From the IMG/VR virus record IMGVR_UViG_2778261268_000004: 39,727 bases of DNA; one strand, written 5' to 3'. Under the pieces are notes generated by a model. The model was given only the letters and a program-made list of their open reading frames with translations, was not told the origin of the DNA and did no database searches. Position 1 is the first letter of the stretch. Each line of letters begins with the position of its first letter. The DNA is from a virus (lineage: Duplodnaviria; Heunggongvirae; Uroviricota; Caudoviricetes). Shown here in pieces: positions 17,531 through 27,016 of the stretch. A program made the translations under genes and the position numbers.

Positions 17531-18226
17531 ATGAATTTATTTGAGCGTTTGCTGTATCGCTGTCTTTGCAATGAGCAACCAGTCGATGGTGGAGCAGCTC
17601 CGGCTGCGTCAGAACCGTCAGCGCCTGCAGGTGATAACCCTGCTCCAGTTGGTGATCCATCACAACAGGAAGGTGATAAGCCACAACCTGTTGCTGATGG
17701 CGATAAACCTGCTGATGACAAAAAGCCTGAAAACGATAAGCAGGATGAAAAAAAGGACGGCGATAAACCAGAGGGGGCGCCTGAGAAGTACGAGTTTCAG
17801 GCTGCCGAAGGCGTAGAGCTGGATACAGAAGCGTTGAAGGAATTCGAGCCGGTGGCGCGAGAACTTAACCTGACCAACGAACAAGCGCAAAAGCTGGTTG
17901 ATGCTTATCCGAAGATTCTGGCAGGTGTTCAGCAGCGCCAGGCAGAAGCCTGGCAGAAAACAACAGAGCAGTGGGCTGCGGATGTAAAAGCTGACAAAGA
18001 AATCGGTGGCGACAAGTTGATTTCTAACCTTAGCGCCGCACAGCGTGCGCTTGACCAGTTCGGGACACCCGAGCTCAAAGAATATCTGAACACCACCGGA
18101 CTGGGTAATCACCCTGATCTGGTCAAAACGTTCGTGAAAATCGGAAAGGCGATGTCTGAAGATGGCATGGTCACCGGTGGTAATGAAGGCCAGCGTAGTG
18201 CGGCCGAAGTGCTCTATGGCAAATAA
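17531..18226 (+). CDS. Scaffolding protein (acidic)
   Basis: AGGAG RBS; acidic Pro/Asp/Lys-rich N-terminal half; precedes capsid gene. Confidence 0.55.
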   Translation: MNLFERLLYRCLCNEQPVDGGAAPAASEPSAPAGDNPAPVGDPSQQEGDKPQPVADGDKPADDKKPENDKQDEKKDGDKPEGAPEKYEFQAAEGVELDTEALKEFEPVARELNLTNEQAQKLVDAYPKILAGVQQRQAEAWQKTTEQWAADVKADKEIGGDKLISNLSAAQRALDQFGTPELKEYLNTTGLGNHPDLVKTFVKIGKAMSEDGMVTGGNEGQRSAAEVLYGK

Positions 18227-18240
18227 GAGAGGAAATAACA

Positions 18241-19227
18241 ATGGCTGTTAAAGGCTTAACTGCGCTAACGCTGGCTGACTGGGGTAAGCGCGTCGATCCA
18301 AACGGGAAAGTCGATAAGATTATCGAGCTTCTCGGTCAAACTAACCCGATCCTTCAGGATATGCCTTTTGTCGAAGGGAACCTTCCTACCGGACACCGAA
18401 CCACCATTCGTTCTGGTTTACCTTCAGCTACCTGGCGTTTGCTGAACTATGGCGTACAGCCAAGCAAATCAACCACAGTGCAGGTAACCGATTCCGTGGG
18501 CATGCTGGAAACCTATGCTGAAGTCGATAAGTCACTGGCTGATCTGAACGGCAATACCGCCGAATTCCGCCTGTCTGAAGACCGCGCATTTATTGAAGCG
18601 ATGAATCAGCAGATGGCGCAGACGCTGTTTTATGGTGATTCCAGCGTTAACCCTCAGCAGTTTATGGGACTTTCCTCCCGCTATTCCAGCCTGTCTGCGG
18701 GTAATGCTCAGAACATCATTGATGCTGGTGGCACGGGTACAGATAACACCTCAATCTGGTTAGTGGTGTGGGGCGAAAACACCGTGCATGGCATCTTCCC
18801 GAAAGGGCAGAAGGCTGGCATCCAGATGGAAGATAAAGGCCAGGTGACACTGGAAGATGCTAATGGCGGCAAGTACGAAGGCTATCGCACCCATTACAAA
18901 TGGGATAACGGACTTGCTCTGCGTGACTGGCGTTATGTTGTTCGCATTGCAAACATCGATGTCAGCAATCTTTCAGAACCTTCCTCTGCCGCAAATATTG
19001 CGAAGTTGATGGTTAAAGCACTGCATCGCATTCCAAACCGTGGCATGGGTCGCCCGGTGTTCTACATGAACCGCACTGTAGGCCAGGCTCTTGATCTGCA
19101 ATCTCTGGAGAAAACATCTCTGGCGATCAGCGTAAAAGAGACAGAAGGCGAGTGGTGGACGTCATTCCGTGGTGTACCAATCCGTGAAACTGATGCGCTT
19201 CTGGAAACAGAAGCCCGCGTGGTGTAA
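18241..19227 (+). CDS. Major capsid protein
   Basis: 328 aa at the canonical position; followed by a stem-loop. Confidence 0.7.
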   Translation: MAVKGLTALTLADWGKRVDPNGKVDKIIELLGQTNPILQDMPFVEGNLPTGHRTTIRSGLPSATWRLLNYGVQPSKSTTVQVTDSVGMLETYAEVDKSLADLNGNTAEFRLSEDRAFIEAMNQQMAQTLFYGDSSVNPQQFMGLSSRYSSLSAGNAQNIIDAGGTGTDNTSIWLVVWGENTVHGIFPKGQKAGIQMEDKGQVTLEDANGGKYEGYRTHYKWDNGLALRDWRYVVRIANIDVSNLSEPSSAANIAKLMVKALHRIPNRGMGRPVFYMNRTVGQALDLQSLEKTSLAISVKETEGEWWTSFRGVPIRETDALLETEARVV

Positions 19228-19243
19228 CGCCTGTTATTAACCT

Positions 19244-19263
19244 GTGGGTCGTAACAGACCCAC
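19244..19263 (+). other. Stem-loop without U-tract after the capsid gene (possible processing/stability element)
   Basis: GTGGGTC-gtaaca-GACCCAC. Confidence 0.35.
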
Positions 19264-19278
19264 TAATGGAGAAAGAAG

Positions 19279-19716
19279 ATGATCACCGACAAACTGTTGA
19301 TGTTCTCCGAAGCTCAGGCGGTTACGAATACCGCGGCTTCTACTGACGTAATCGATCTCGGTCCAATTGACGGAAAACGTCGTGATATCGGCGTGGGTTA
19401 CCCGCTTGAGTTTTGGGCGCTGGTTAACACAGCCGCCGCAGCAAGCGGTGATGCAACTGTAAACATCCAGTTGCAGACGAGTGAGGATAACAGCTCATGG
19501 ACCACTATTTATGATAGTGGTGCACTGGCAAAGACCGCCCTGACAGCAGGTAAACGAGTTGTTTCTGCAAAGGTGCCTGCCGGTGTTCAGCGATATCTGC
19601 GTGTTAACTACTCCGTCGCAACTGGCCCACTAACGGCTGGCGAATTCACTGCTGGTATCAGTCTTGATGTTGATGCCAATACGCCGTATCCGATCCGCTC
19701 AAAAGTAACTGGTTAA
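19279..19716 (+). CDS. Putative capsid decoration/structural protein
   Basis: 145-aa ORF immediately after the capsid gene. Confidence 0.5.
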   Translation: MITDKLLMFSEAQAVTNTAASTDVIDLGPIDGKRRDIGVGYPLEFWALVNTAAAASGDATVNIQLQTSEDNSSWTTIYDSGALAKTALTAGKRVVSAKVPAGVQRYLRVNYSVATGPLTAGEFTAGISLDVDANTPYPIRSKVTG

Positions 19717-19726
19717 GGTGATATCG

Positions 19727-20062
19727 ATGTCAGGTGAGAAACCAAGATACCGCGTTCTGCGCCTCTCTCATATCCATAACACACTGTGGCCGGAGGGGGC
19801 AGAAATCGAATACGAAGGTGAGCCTGGTAGCGCACTGGAACCTGTTAACGATGCAGCCAGACAGGCAAAAGCAAAAGTTGCAGGAAAGGTGTCAATGGCA
19901 GCAACCAGCACCAAAATCATCAACGATGTGTCAGATGATGGTGAACTGGATAAGCTCCGTGAAGAGTACGAATTGCTCTTTAACGAGAAGCCACACCATA
20001 ACGCTAAAGCCGAAACGCTCCGCGAGAAGATCGCAGATAAGCGTAAAGAACTGGGCGTGTAA
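19727..20062 (+). CDS. Hypothetical structural-module protein
   Basis: ATG after GGTG; followed by strong terminator. Confidence 0.45.
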   Translation: MSGEKPRYRVLRLSHIHNTLWPEGAEIEYEGEPGSALEPVNDAARQAKAKVAGKVSMAATSTKIINDVSDDGELDKLREEYELLFNEKPHHNAKAETLREKIADKRKELGV

Positions 20063-20079
20063 GCCTCGCGAATCCGACA

Positions 20080-20100
20080 AGGGGCTTCGGCCCCTTTATT
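20080..20100 (+). terminator. Rho-independent terminator after the capsid-proximal block
   Basis: AGGGGC-ttcg-GCCCCT followed by TTATT. Confidence 0.7.
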
Positions 20101-20112
20101 ACAGGAGTGTAT

Positions 20113-20436
20113 ATGGAACTCGTAAACCTCAAAACCGGCACTGACAGCTACCAGGATGAGAGCGGAGAAACCAGAACTCGCGATGAATACCCGTGGGGGC
20201 TGTGCATCACTCTTAATAACGACACATTGAATAAGCTGAAGGCGCAACCTCAGGGCGTCGGAGCAGAAGTGATGATAACTGCAAAGGCTGTTATTCGAGG
20301 CCTGTCTGCCAGAGAAACTGACGATGGTGTTAATCGCATCGCCGATCTGCAGATCACTGATATGGCGATCGCTCCTGTTTCCGGGGATGTAGAAAAATCA
20401 GCGGCTGAAACCCTGTACGGCAATGGGGGTGAGTAA
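20113..20436 (+). CDS. Hypothetical structural-module protein
   Basis: AGGAG RBS 5 nt upstream of ATG 20113. Confidence 0.5.
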   Translation: MELVNLKTGTDSYQDESGETRTRDEYPWGLCITLNNDTLNKLKAQPQGVGAEVMITAKAVIRGLSARETDDGVNRIADLQITDMAIAPVSGDVEKSAAETLYGNGGE

Positions 20437-21041
20437 TGGCCTCTGTGGTAGAGATCTGCAATCGTGCGCTGTCCAATATTGGCAACAGCCGCAGCATTAA
20501 CAGCCTGACGGAAGCCAGCAAGGAAGCGGGGGAATGTTCGCTGCACTTTGAGGCCTGCCGTGATGCTGTGCTTTCTGATTTTGACTGGAACTTTGCTACC
20601 AAACGCGTGGCGCTTGCAGATACGAGCAATCCACCGCCTGACTGGGAATATGCGTACCAGTACCCGTCCGATTGTCTGCGCATTACTGAAATTATGCTTC
20701 CTGGTGTACGCAATCCAACAGCAGCAATGCGCGTTCAGCACGAAGTTGGTGCAGACACCAACGGAACAGGAAAGTTGATCTACACAGACCAGCCTCAGGC
20801 ATGGCTCAAGTATGTCTCTCGCGTTACAGATGTGAACATGTTTGATGCCATTTTTATGGAGGCGTTGGCCTGGCGTCTTGCGGCAGCTATTAACATGGCG
20901 CTGACTGGGAATGCAGACCTCGGTACGTTTGCCCTCAATATGTACAATCGCGTGATTCTTAGTGCTGGCTCGCATAGCCAGAATGAATCACAGGAACCAC
21001 AGCCACCGGTTGACGAGTTTACCATTGCGAGGTTGTCCTGA
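20436..21041 (+). CDS. Tail tubular protein A / adaptor, T7 gp11-like
   Basis: N-terminus ICNRALSNIG...DFDWNF parallels T7 gp11; precedes gp12-like gene. Confidence 0.6.
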   Translation: MASVVEICNRALSNIGNSRSINSLTEASKEAGECSLHFEACRDAVLSDFDWNFATKRVALADTSNPPPDWEYAYQYPSDCLRITEIMLPGVRNPTAAMRVQHEVGADTNGTGKLIYTDQPQAWLKYVSRVTDVNMFDAIFMEALAWRLAAAINMALTGNADLGTFALNMYNRVILSAGSHSQNESQEPQPPVDEFTIARLS

Positions 21042-23494
21042 TGGCTATCAGTTGGATCCAGCCAAGCTTTGCTGGTGGTGAGATTGGACCGTCGTTGTAC
21101 GGGCGTATCGACATGGCGAAGTACCAGGTGGCATTGCGCAAGTGCGATAACTTTATCGTGCGGCAGTATGGCGGCGTTGAGAATCGACCTGGTACGCGTT
21201 TTGTCGGTGCCGCCAAATACCCAAATCGGAAATGCCGCCTGATCCCGTTCCAGTTCTCGACGGTTCAGACTTATGCTCTGGAGTTCGGACACCAGTACAT
21301 GCGCGTTATCAAAGATGGTGCGTTGGTGCTGAACAGCAGCAATGTTATTTATGAAATTGCCACGCCATATACTGAAGCCGATCTGTTCAGAATTAAATTC
21401 ACGCAAAGCGCAGACGTGCTTACGCTGGTTCATCCGGCATACCCGCCGAAAGAGTTGCGCCGCTATGCGCATGACAACTGGCAACTGGTTGATGTGGTAA
21501 CGAAGAACGGGCCATTTGAAGATATCAATATTGACGAGTCAGTGACGGTTTATGCCAGCGCCAGCACCGGGACAATTACGTTAACGGCAAGCGCCTCTAT
21601 TTTTGGCGCGGAGCAGGTAGGCAAATTGTTCTATCTGGAACAGCCAGCAGTGGATTCAGTACCGGTATGGGAAACCAGTAAGAGTACGTCGATTGGCGAT
21701 ATTCGCCGTGCAGACAGTAACTACTATCGCGCCGTTACAGCAGGCAAAACAGGCACTTTGCGCCCTTCGCATACAGAAGGCACATCATGGGATGGCTGGG
21801 GCGGCTCCGGTGATGATGATACTGGCATTGAGTGGGAGTATCTGCACAGTGGTTTTGGCATTGCCCGTATAACTGCTGTAAATGGCACTACTGCAACTGC
21901 TGAGGTGATTTCCTATATCCCTTCGCAGGTAGTTGGCGAGGATAATGCCAGCTATAAATGGGCTAAATATGCCTGGAACAGTGTTAATGGTTATCCTGGC
22001 ACTGTTGTTTATTATCAACAACGTCTTTACTTCGCCGCATCGACTGCGTTCCCTCAGACTATCTGGGCCAGCCGTACCGGGGATTATAAGGATTTTGGCA
22101 AAAGCAATCCTACGCAGGATGACGACAGAATTATCTACACCTATGCCGGGCGTCAGGTTAATGAGATCCGCCACCTGATTGATGTCGGTTCGCTGGTGGC
22201 ACTGACTTCTGGAGGTGAGTACGTCATCACCGGCGACCAGAACAAAGTGTTAACCCCATCATCATTTGCATTCAGCTCTCAGGGATCAAATGGCTCGAGC
22301 AATGTCCCACCAATTGCCGTGGCGAATATTGCTCTGTTCGTCCAGGAGAAAGGCAGTGTTGTACGCGATCTGGCCTACTCATTCGATGTTGACGGATATC
22401 AGGGGAACGACCTTACTATCCTTGCCAATCATCTTTTTCAGAAGCACAGCATTGTTGACTGGTGCTTCTCGATTGTCCCTTACTCCAGCGCCTTCTGCAT
22501 TCGTGATGATGGTAAATTACTGGTGATGACCTACTTGCGTGATCAGCAGGTTTTTGCATGGGCACCACAATCCAGTACCGGAAAATATGAAAGCACATGC
22601 AGTATCAGCGAAGGCAATGAAGATGCGGTGTATTTCGTCGTTAACCGAACCGTTAACGGGCAAACAGTGAGATACATCGAGAGACTGTCCAGCCGTTTAT
22701 TTACCAGCGATGAAGATGCTTTCTTTGTTGATTCTGGCCTTAGCTATGATGGAAGAAATACGTCTGACAGAACGATGACAATCACTGGTGGTTCTGGCGA
22801 ATGGGATTACCGCGCGGAATATACAATCAGTGTTTCTGGTGGTGCGTACTTCACCAGTAGTGATGTTGGTGCGCAACTACAGTTCCCTTATACCGGCGAT
22901 GAAGTGTCAAAAAAATTACGTTGCGACATTATTTCTGTAACCAGCACTACTGCTGTAGTGGTTCGTGCTAACAGGAACGTCCCGACATCCCTCAGGGATG
23001 TGGGCACCACGAACTGGCAAATGGCGCGCCGGACATTTGGAGGCCTGTCTCATCTTGAAGGACAGACCGTAAACATTCTCTCTGATGCTAATGTGGAGCC
23101 ACAGAAAGTGGTTTCCGGAGGTGCCGTCACGCTGGAATCACCTGGGGCTGTAGTGCACATCGGCCTGCCAATAACTGCTGAATTCGAAACACTGGATATC
23201 AACATTAACGGACAGGAAACGCTGCTGGACAAAAAACAGGTGATCCCGTCCGTTACTCTGGTTGTGAATGCCAGCCGCGGCATCTGGGCGACTACGCCAG
23301 GCGGTAAATGGTACGAATATCCACAGCGTGAATTCGAGTTCTACGATGATCCTGTTGATGACGCTACCGGAAAAGTAGAAGTGAAACTGGACAGTAACTG
23401 GGGCAAAAACGGACGTGTAAGAATCCGTCAGCTTGACCCGTTGCCGCTGTCTGTTCTTGCCGTTATTCCTCGCCTTACTGTTGGGGGATTCTGA
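21041..23494 (+). CDS. Tail tubular protein B / nozzle, T7 gp12-like
   Basis: 817 aa following the gp11-like gene. Confidence 0.7.
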   Translation: MAISWIQPSFAGGEIGPSLYGRIDMAKYQVALRKCDNFIVRQYGGVENRPGTRFVGAAKYPNRKCRLIPFQFSTVQTYALEFGHQYMRVIKDGALVLNSSNVIYEIATPYTEADLFRIKFTQSADVLTLVHPAYPPKELRRYAHDNWQLVDVVTKNGPFEDINIDESVTVYASASTGTITLTASASIFGAEQVGKLFYLEQPAVDSVPVWETSKSTSIGDIRRADSNYYRAVTAGKTGTLRPSHTEGTSWDGWGGSGDDDTGIEWEYLHSGFGIARITAVNGTTATAEVISYIPSQVVGEDNASYKWAKYAWNSVNGYPGTVVYYQQRLYFAASTAFPQTIWASRTGDYKDFGKSNPTQDDDRIIYTYAGRQVNEIRHLIDVGSLVALTSGGEYVITGDQNKVLTPSSFAFSSQGSNGSSNVPPIAVANIALFVQEKGSVVRDLAYSFDVDGYQGNDLTILANHLFQKHSIVDWCFSIVPYSSAFCIRDDGKLLVMTYLRDQQVFAWAPQSSTGKYESTCSISEGNEDAVYFVVNRTVNGQTVRYIERLSSRLFTSDEDAFFVDSGLSYDGRNTSDRTMTITGGSGEWDYRAEYTISVSGGAYFTSSDVGAQLQFPYTGDEVSKKLRCDIISVTSTTAVVVRANRNVPTSLRDVGTTNWQMARRTFGGLSHLEGQTVNILSDANVEPQKVVSGGAVTLESPGAVVHIGLPITAEFETLDININGQETLLDKKQVIPSVTLVVNASRGIWATTPGGKWYEYPQREFEFYDDPVDDATGKVEVKLDSNWGKNGRVRIRQLDPLPLSVLAVIPRLTVGGF

Positions 23495-23958
23495 TGATCG
23501 ATGTTCGAATTATTCCCGCTACCGAAGAGCATCTTCAGATGATTTTGCCGGATGTTCGTCAGGCTGATATTGACGAACTGTATGCGGTATCACTGATGAC
23601 TACCGAAGATGCGCTGCGTGTTGGTCTGCGTACTGCGACTATGGCCTGGTCAGGATTTGCGAACGGAGAACCGGTAACCATGTTTGGCGTATCTCCGGCG
23701 TCAATGATCGGTGGCAATGGTACGCCCTGGCTGGTCGGAACCAGCCGTATCGAAAAATATCAGAAGACATTTCTTCGCCACTGCCGCCTTGTATTGCAGC
23801 AGATGCTGGCAGTTTATCCGCGCCTGGAAAACTATGTCGACGAGCGAAACCATGTTGCCAAAGCATGGCTGCACTGGCTTGGATTCAGGCTTGAAGAAGC
23901 CGCGCCTTATGGTGCTCTTGGTCTTAATTTCCACAGATTTCACATGGAGAGAAAATAA
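23494..23958 (+). CDS. Virion assembly/internal protein (gp13-like position)
   Basis: 154 aa, translationally coupled. Confidence 0.45.
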   Translation: MIDVRIIPATEEHLQMILPDVRQADIDELYAVSLMTTEDALRVGLRTATMAWSGFANGEPVTMFGVSPASMIGGNGTPWLVGTSRIEKYQKTFLRHCRLVLQQMLAVYPRLENYVDERNHVAKAWLHWLGFRLEEAAPYGALGLNFHRFHMERK

Positions 23959-24503
23959 TGTGCGATCCGGTTATTGCTGGTGGCGCAATGCTCGCCATGA
24001 GTGGCATTCAGGCATACACCCAGTACCAACAGGGAAAGTATGCCTCGAAGGTTGCAGAAGCGAACGCAGATATAGCCACAGCTCAGGCAAATGATGCAAT
24101 AAACAGAGGTAACGCTGAAGCTGAGCAACGGCGCAGAGAGACCCGACAGCGGCTTGGTACACAGGCGGCGACAATGGGGGCTACCGGCGCTGATTTATCT
24201 ACAGGTAACGCGCTGGATATATTTGGCGACACTGCCCAGTTTGGCGCTCTTGATTCTCTGACGACGGTGAATAACGCGCAACGCGAGGCTTACGGTTATC
24301 AGGTTCAGGCTGCCAACTATAAAGCAGAAGCCAGTTCAGCCCGTAAACAGGGGAATGTGGGAGCAGCAACAACATTGCTCACTGCGCCTCTGAAGGCATA
24401 CGGTGCGTACCAGATGTTTGGTGGGACGTGGAGTCCGTTTACTCAAAGCACTCCTGCACCAATCGGGGCAGCAGCAGGAACCAGATTACCCGGAGGATTA
24501 TAA
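23958..24503 (+). CDS. Internal virion protein, gp14-like
   Basis: 181 aa Ala/Gln-rich. Confidence 0.5.
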   Translation: MCDPVIAGGAMLAMSGIQAYTQYQQGKYASKVAEANADIATAQANDAINRGNAEAEQRRRETRQRLGTQAATMGATGADLSTGNALDIFGDTAQFGALDSLTTVNNAQREAYGYQVQAANYKAEASSARKQGNVGAATTLLTAPLKAYGAYQMFGGTWSPFTQSTPAPIGAAAGTRLPGGL

Positions 24504-27016
24504 TGCCAGTCGTACCAACAGTATCCGGACGTCAGGTTGAGAGCCGTGGAGTTCAGTCAGCAGGCTTGCAGACGTTTTCTCAGCCAGGTATTGGTGATGC
24601 TTTTGTTCGGGCAGGGGCAGAGGCAATTGATGTTTTTGGTCAGGCAAAACAGCGTGCCAATATCGCTCTGGCTCAGGAGGCATCTCTTAACCTCAGTCAG
24701 ATAAGCAGCGATCTGTTGAATAACCCTGAAACAGGTTTGCTTAACCTGAAAGGGAAAAATGCTATTGGAAAAGGTCAGGAGTATACGCAGCAGTTTGATG
24801 CTCAGATCGAACAACTGGCTATGTCGCTGCCGGATGAACAGGCTCGTAATGCTTTCATGCAGCAGGCGCAGCAGCAGCGTATTCAGTTCACTACGCAGGC
24901 TGGGCGGCACGAGATAGGGCAAATAAATGCCTACGAAGAAGGCCAGTTTCAGGCGACGCTGCTGAACAATGGTAAAAATGCCGCAGCATTGTATGGCGAC
25001 AACGCCGCATACGTATTGGCTAATAAGCAAACTTTCCAGCAAATTGAGGATTACGGCATTGCGCATGGCTGGAGCGACGAGCAAATACAGGCCAAGAAAA
25101 TCGAGTTTAAAGAGAAGGTTGCTGATGCCGCATTGTCCCAGTGGTCGGCAAACAATGCGACCGCATTCATCCAAAGTAATGGCGAGTTAAGTGATACTGC
25201 TGCTGGAGCTCGCCGTGCTGTAGCAGATAGTGACTCTTCCGAGCGTGCCCGTGGCATACGCAACAATAACCCAGGAAATCTCGAATACAGCAAAACTAAT
25301 CCGTGGGTAGGCCAGACCGGTGATGATGGTCGATTTGCGAAATTCGAAACACCTGAACACGGGATTCGTGCATTAGGGCGGAACCTGATGTCGTATCAGA
25401 GGCAGGGTATTGATACCGTCAGTGAGATAATTAATCGCTGGGCACCGCCTACTGATAAAAATGACACTATGTCGTATATCAAAGCAGTGTGCGAACAACT
25501 TGGCGTTTCTGCTGATGAGCCTCTCGATGCATCTAATCCTGATACCCTGAAGGCGCTTTGTGCAGCCATTATCCATCATGAGAACGGTAGCCAGCCATAC
25601 AGTGATCAGCAGTTAACTGCTGGTGTCAGTGCAGCACTTGGTTTATCAACAATTCCAACCAACACCAAACGCTATACCGGTAATGCAGCATTCGATGCGG
25701 CATCTCCTGAGGCGCAGGCAAGTTTTATGCGACAGGCGGATCAACTGCGTCGGCAGCAGCAGGCTGAATATAAAACGATGATTGACAGCCAGGTTCGCGA
25801 TGCGACAGCTGCGTATATGCGTGGCGTTGAATTTCCTAACCCACCTGGTGAGGATGATTTTATTGCAGCTTATGGTGTCAGAGAAGGAAACCTGCGATAT
25901 ACCGAGTTTAAGAATACGCAGATCGCCGGACAGTATATAGGTTCTTTCCGCAACATGCCGACAAGCAGCATTACAGCATATGTTGAGCAATTACGCCCGG
26001 ATACTGGTGAGACAGGGGAGGGGTATGCGGCACGCGCAGCTCTTTATGACAACGTTGTTTCGGCTGCAAATCAGGTGATAAAGCAGCGGCAATCGGATCC
26101 TGTGCAGTTCTCTCTTGCCGCCGGACAGGCTAAGCCTATCGACATGAGCAATAAGGATAACTTTGGACAGAGCGTTGCCTTGCGTGCCGCTCAGGTCAGT
26201 GACCTTGCCAAGTCATATGGCACTCCACTGACGTTCTTTTCCAAAGACGAGGCCAATCAGATCGGTGTTTTCTTTCGTGATGCGCCCGTTTCCCAACAGG
26301 CAGCATATCTCGATACCATCAGGCAAAGCACTGGCGGTGGGCAGGTGTATATGTCAGCACTACAGCAGATCAGTGCCAACGCTCCATCTGCTGCCGTTGC
26401 CGGGATACTGATGGATAAGCCTGGTGTTATTTTGGCAGAAAAAAACTGGTTTAATCCGGATGTTTCCGTGTCTCCTGAAACCGCTGCGCAGACAATTCTT
26501 GCTGGCGCGGCGGCTCGTAAAGGTACTGATGATTCGAAAGGTATTCCGATGCCTAAAGATGCTGATCTTCGCCTTGAGTTTTCTGACATGGTGAAGGATG
26601 CATTTGCTGGTGATGCTCAGGGGGCATCAATGGCATACGAGATCGCAAAGGACTATTACGCTGGTGTGATGGCGAAAAAAGGCGTGGTATCAGGCGAAAT
26701 TGACAATGATATCTGGAAACAGGCTGTTAACGTAGCTACAGGTGGCGTGCATGACTATAACGGAATGGGGAATGTTCTTTTGCCGTGGGGAATGTCTGCA
26801 GAGCAATTCGATAAGCAGGTTAATCAGGCTTGGAATGAACAAGTTGTCGGCACAGGGATAAAAACACCGCCTGGTCAGTATGGTTTGCAAAGTTACGGCG
26901 ATAGTCAGTACCTAGTAAAACTTGGGACTGGATATCTGCTGAAGGATGATGGTTCTCCTGTTGTTCTTGATCTGACACAGAAGCGTCAGAGATTCTCCGG
27001 AGATATTCCGCAATGA
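24503..27016 (+). CDS. Internal virion protein, gp15-like, with NNPGN-motif domain (possible peptidoglycan hydrolase)
   Basis: ATG 24503 after GGAGG; conserved-looking segment GIRNNNPGNLEY...GRFAKF. Confidence 0.6.
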   Translation: MPVVPTVSGRQVESRGVQSAGLQTFSQPGIGDAFVRAGAEAIDVFGQAKQRANIALAQEASLNLSQISSDLLNNPETGLLNLKGKNAIGKGQEYTQQFDAQIEQLAMSLPDEQARNAFMQQAQQQRIQFTTQAGRHEIGQINAYEEGQFQATLLNNGKNAAALYGDNAAYVLANKQTFQQIEDYGIAHGWSDEQIQAKKIEFKEKVADAALSQWSANNATAFIQSNGELSDTAAGARRAVADSDSSERARGIRNNNPGNLEYSKTNPWVGQTGDDGRFAKFETPEHGIRALGRNLMSYQRQGIDTVSEIINRWAPPTDKNDTMSYIKAVCEQLGVSADEPLDASNPDTLKALCAAIIHHENGSQPYSDQQLTAGVSAALGLSTIPTNTKRYTGNAAFDAASPEAQASFMRQADQLRRQQQAEYKTMIDSQVRDATAAYMRGVEFPNPPGEDDFIAAYGVREGNLRYTEFKNTQIAGQYIGSFRNMPTSSITAYVEQLRPDTGETGEGYAARAALYDNVVSAANQVIKQRQSDPVQFSLAAGQAKPIDMSNKDNFGQSVALRAAQVSDLAKSYGTPLTFFSKDEANQIGVFFRDAPVSQQAAYLDTIRQSTGGGQVYMSALQQISANAPSAAVAGILMDKPGVILAEKNWFNPDVSVSPETAAQTILAGAAARKGTDDSKGIPMPKDADLRLEFSDMVKDAFAGDAQGASMAYEIAKDYYAGVMAKKGVVSGEIDNDIWKQAVNVATGGVHDYNGMGNVLLPWGMSAEQFDKQVNQAWNEQVVGTGIKTPPGQYGLQSYGDSQYLVKLGTGYLLKDDGSPVVLDLTQKRQRFSGDIPQ

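Noticed and set aside
17660-18241. 193-aa minus-strand ORF opposite the scaffold gene
   Set aside because: Antisense shadow ORF of the acidic scaffold gene with a Phe/Leu-rich translation.
20250-21484. Minus-strand ORFs 20250-20975 and 20795-21484
   Set aside because: Antisense to the coupled gp11-like and gp12-like genes; Arg/Cys-rich translations; no signals.
24557-25174. 205-aa minus-strand ORF inside the gp15-like gene
   Set aside because: Antisense shadow ORF within a long structural gene.
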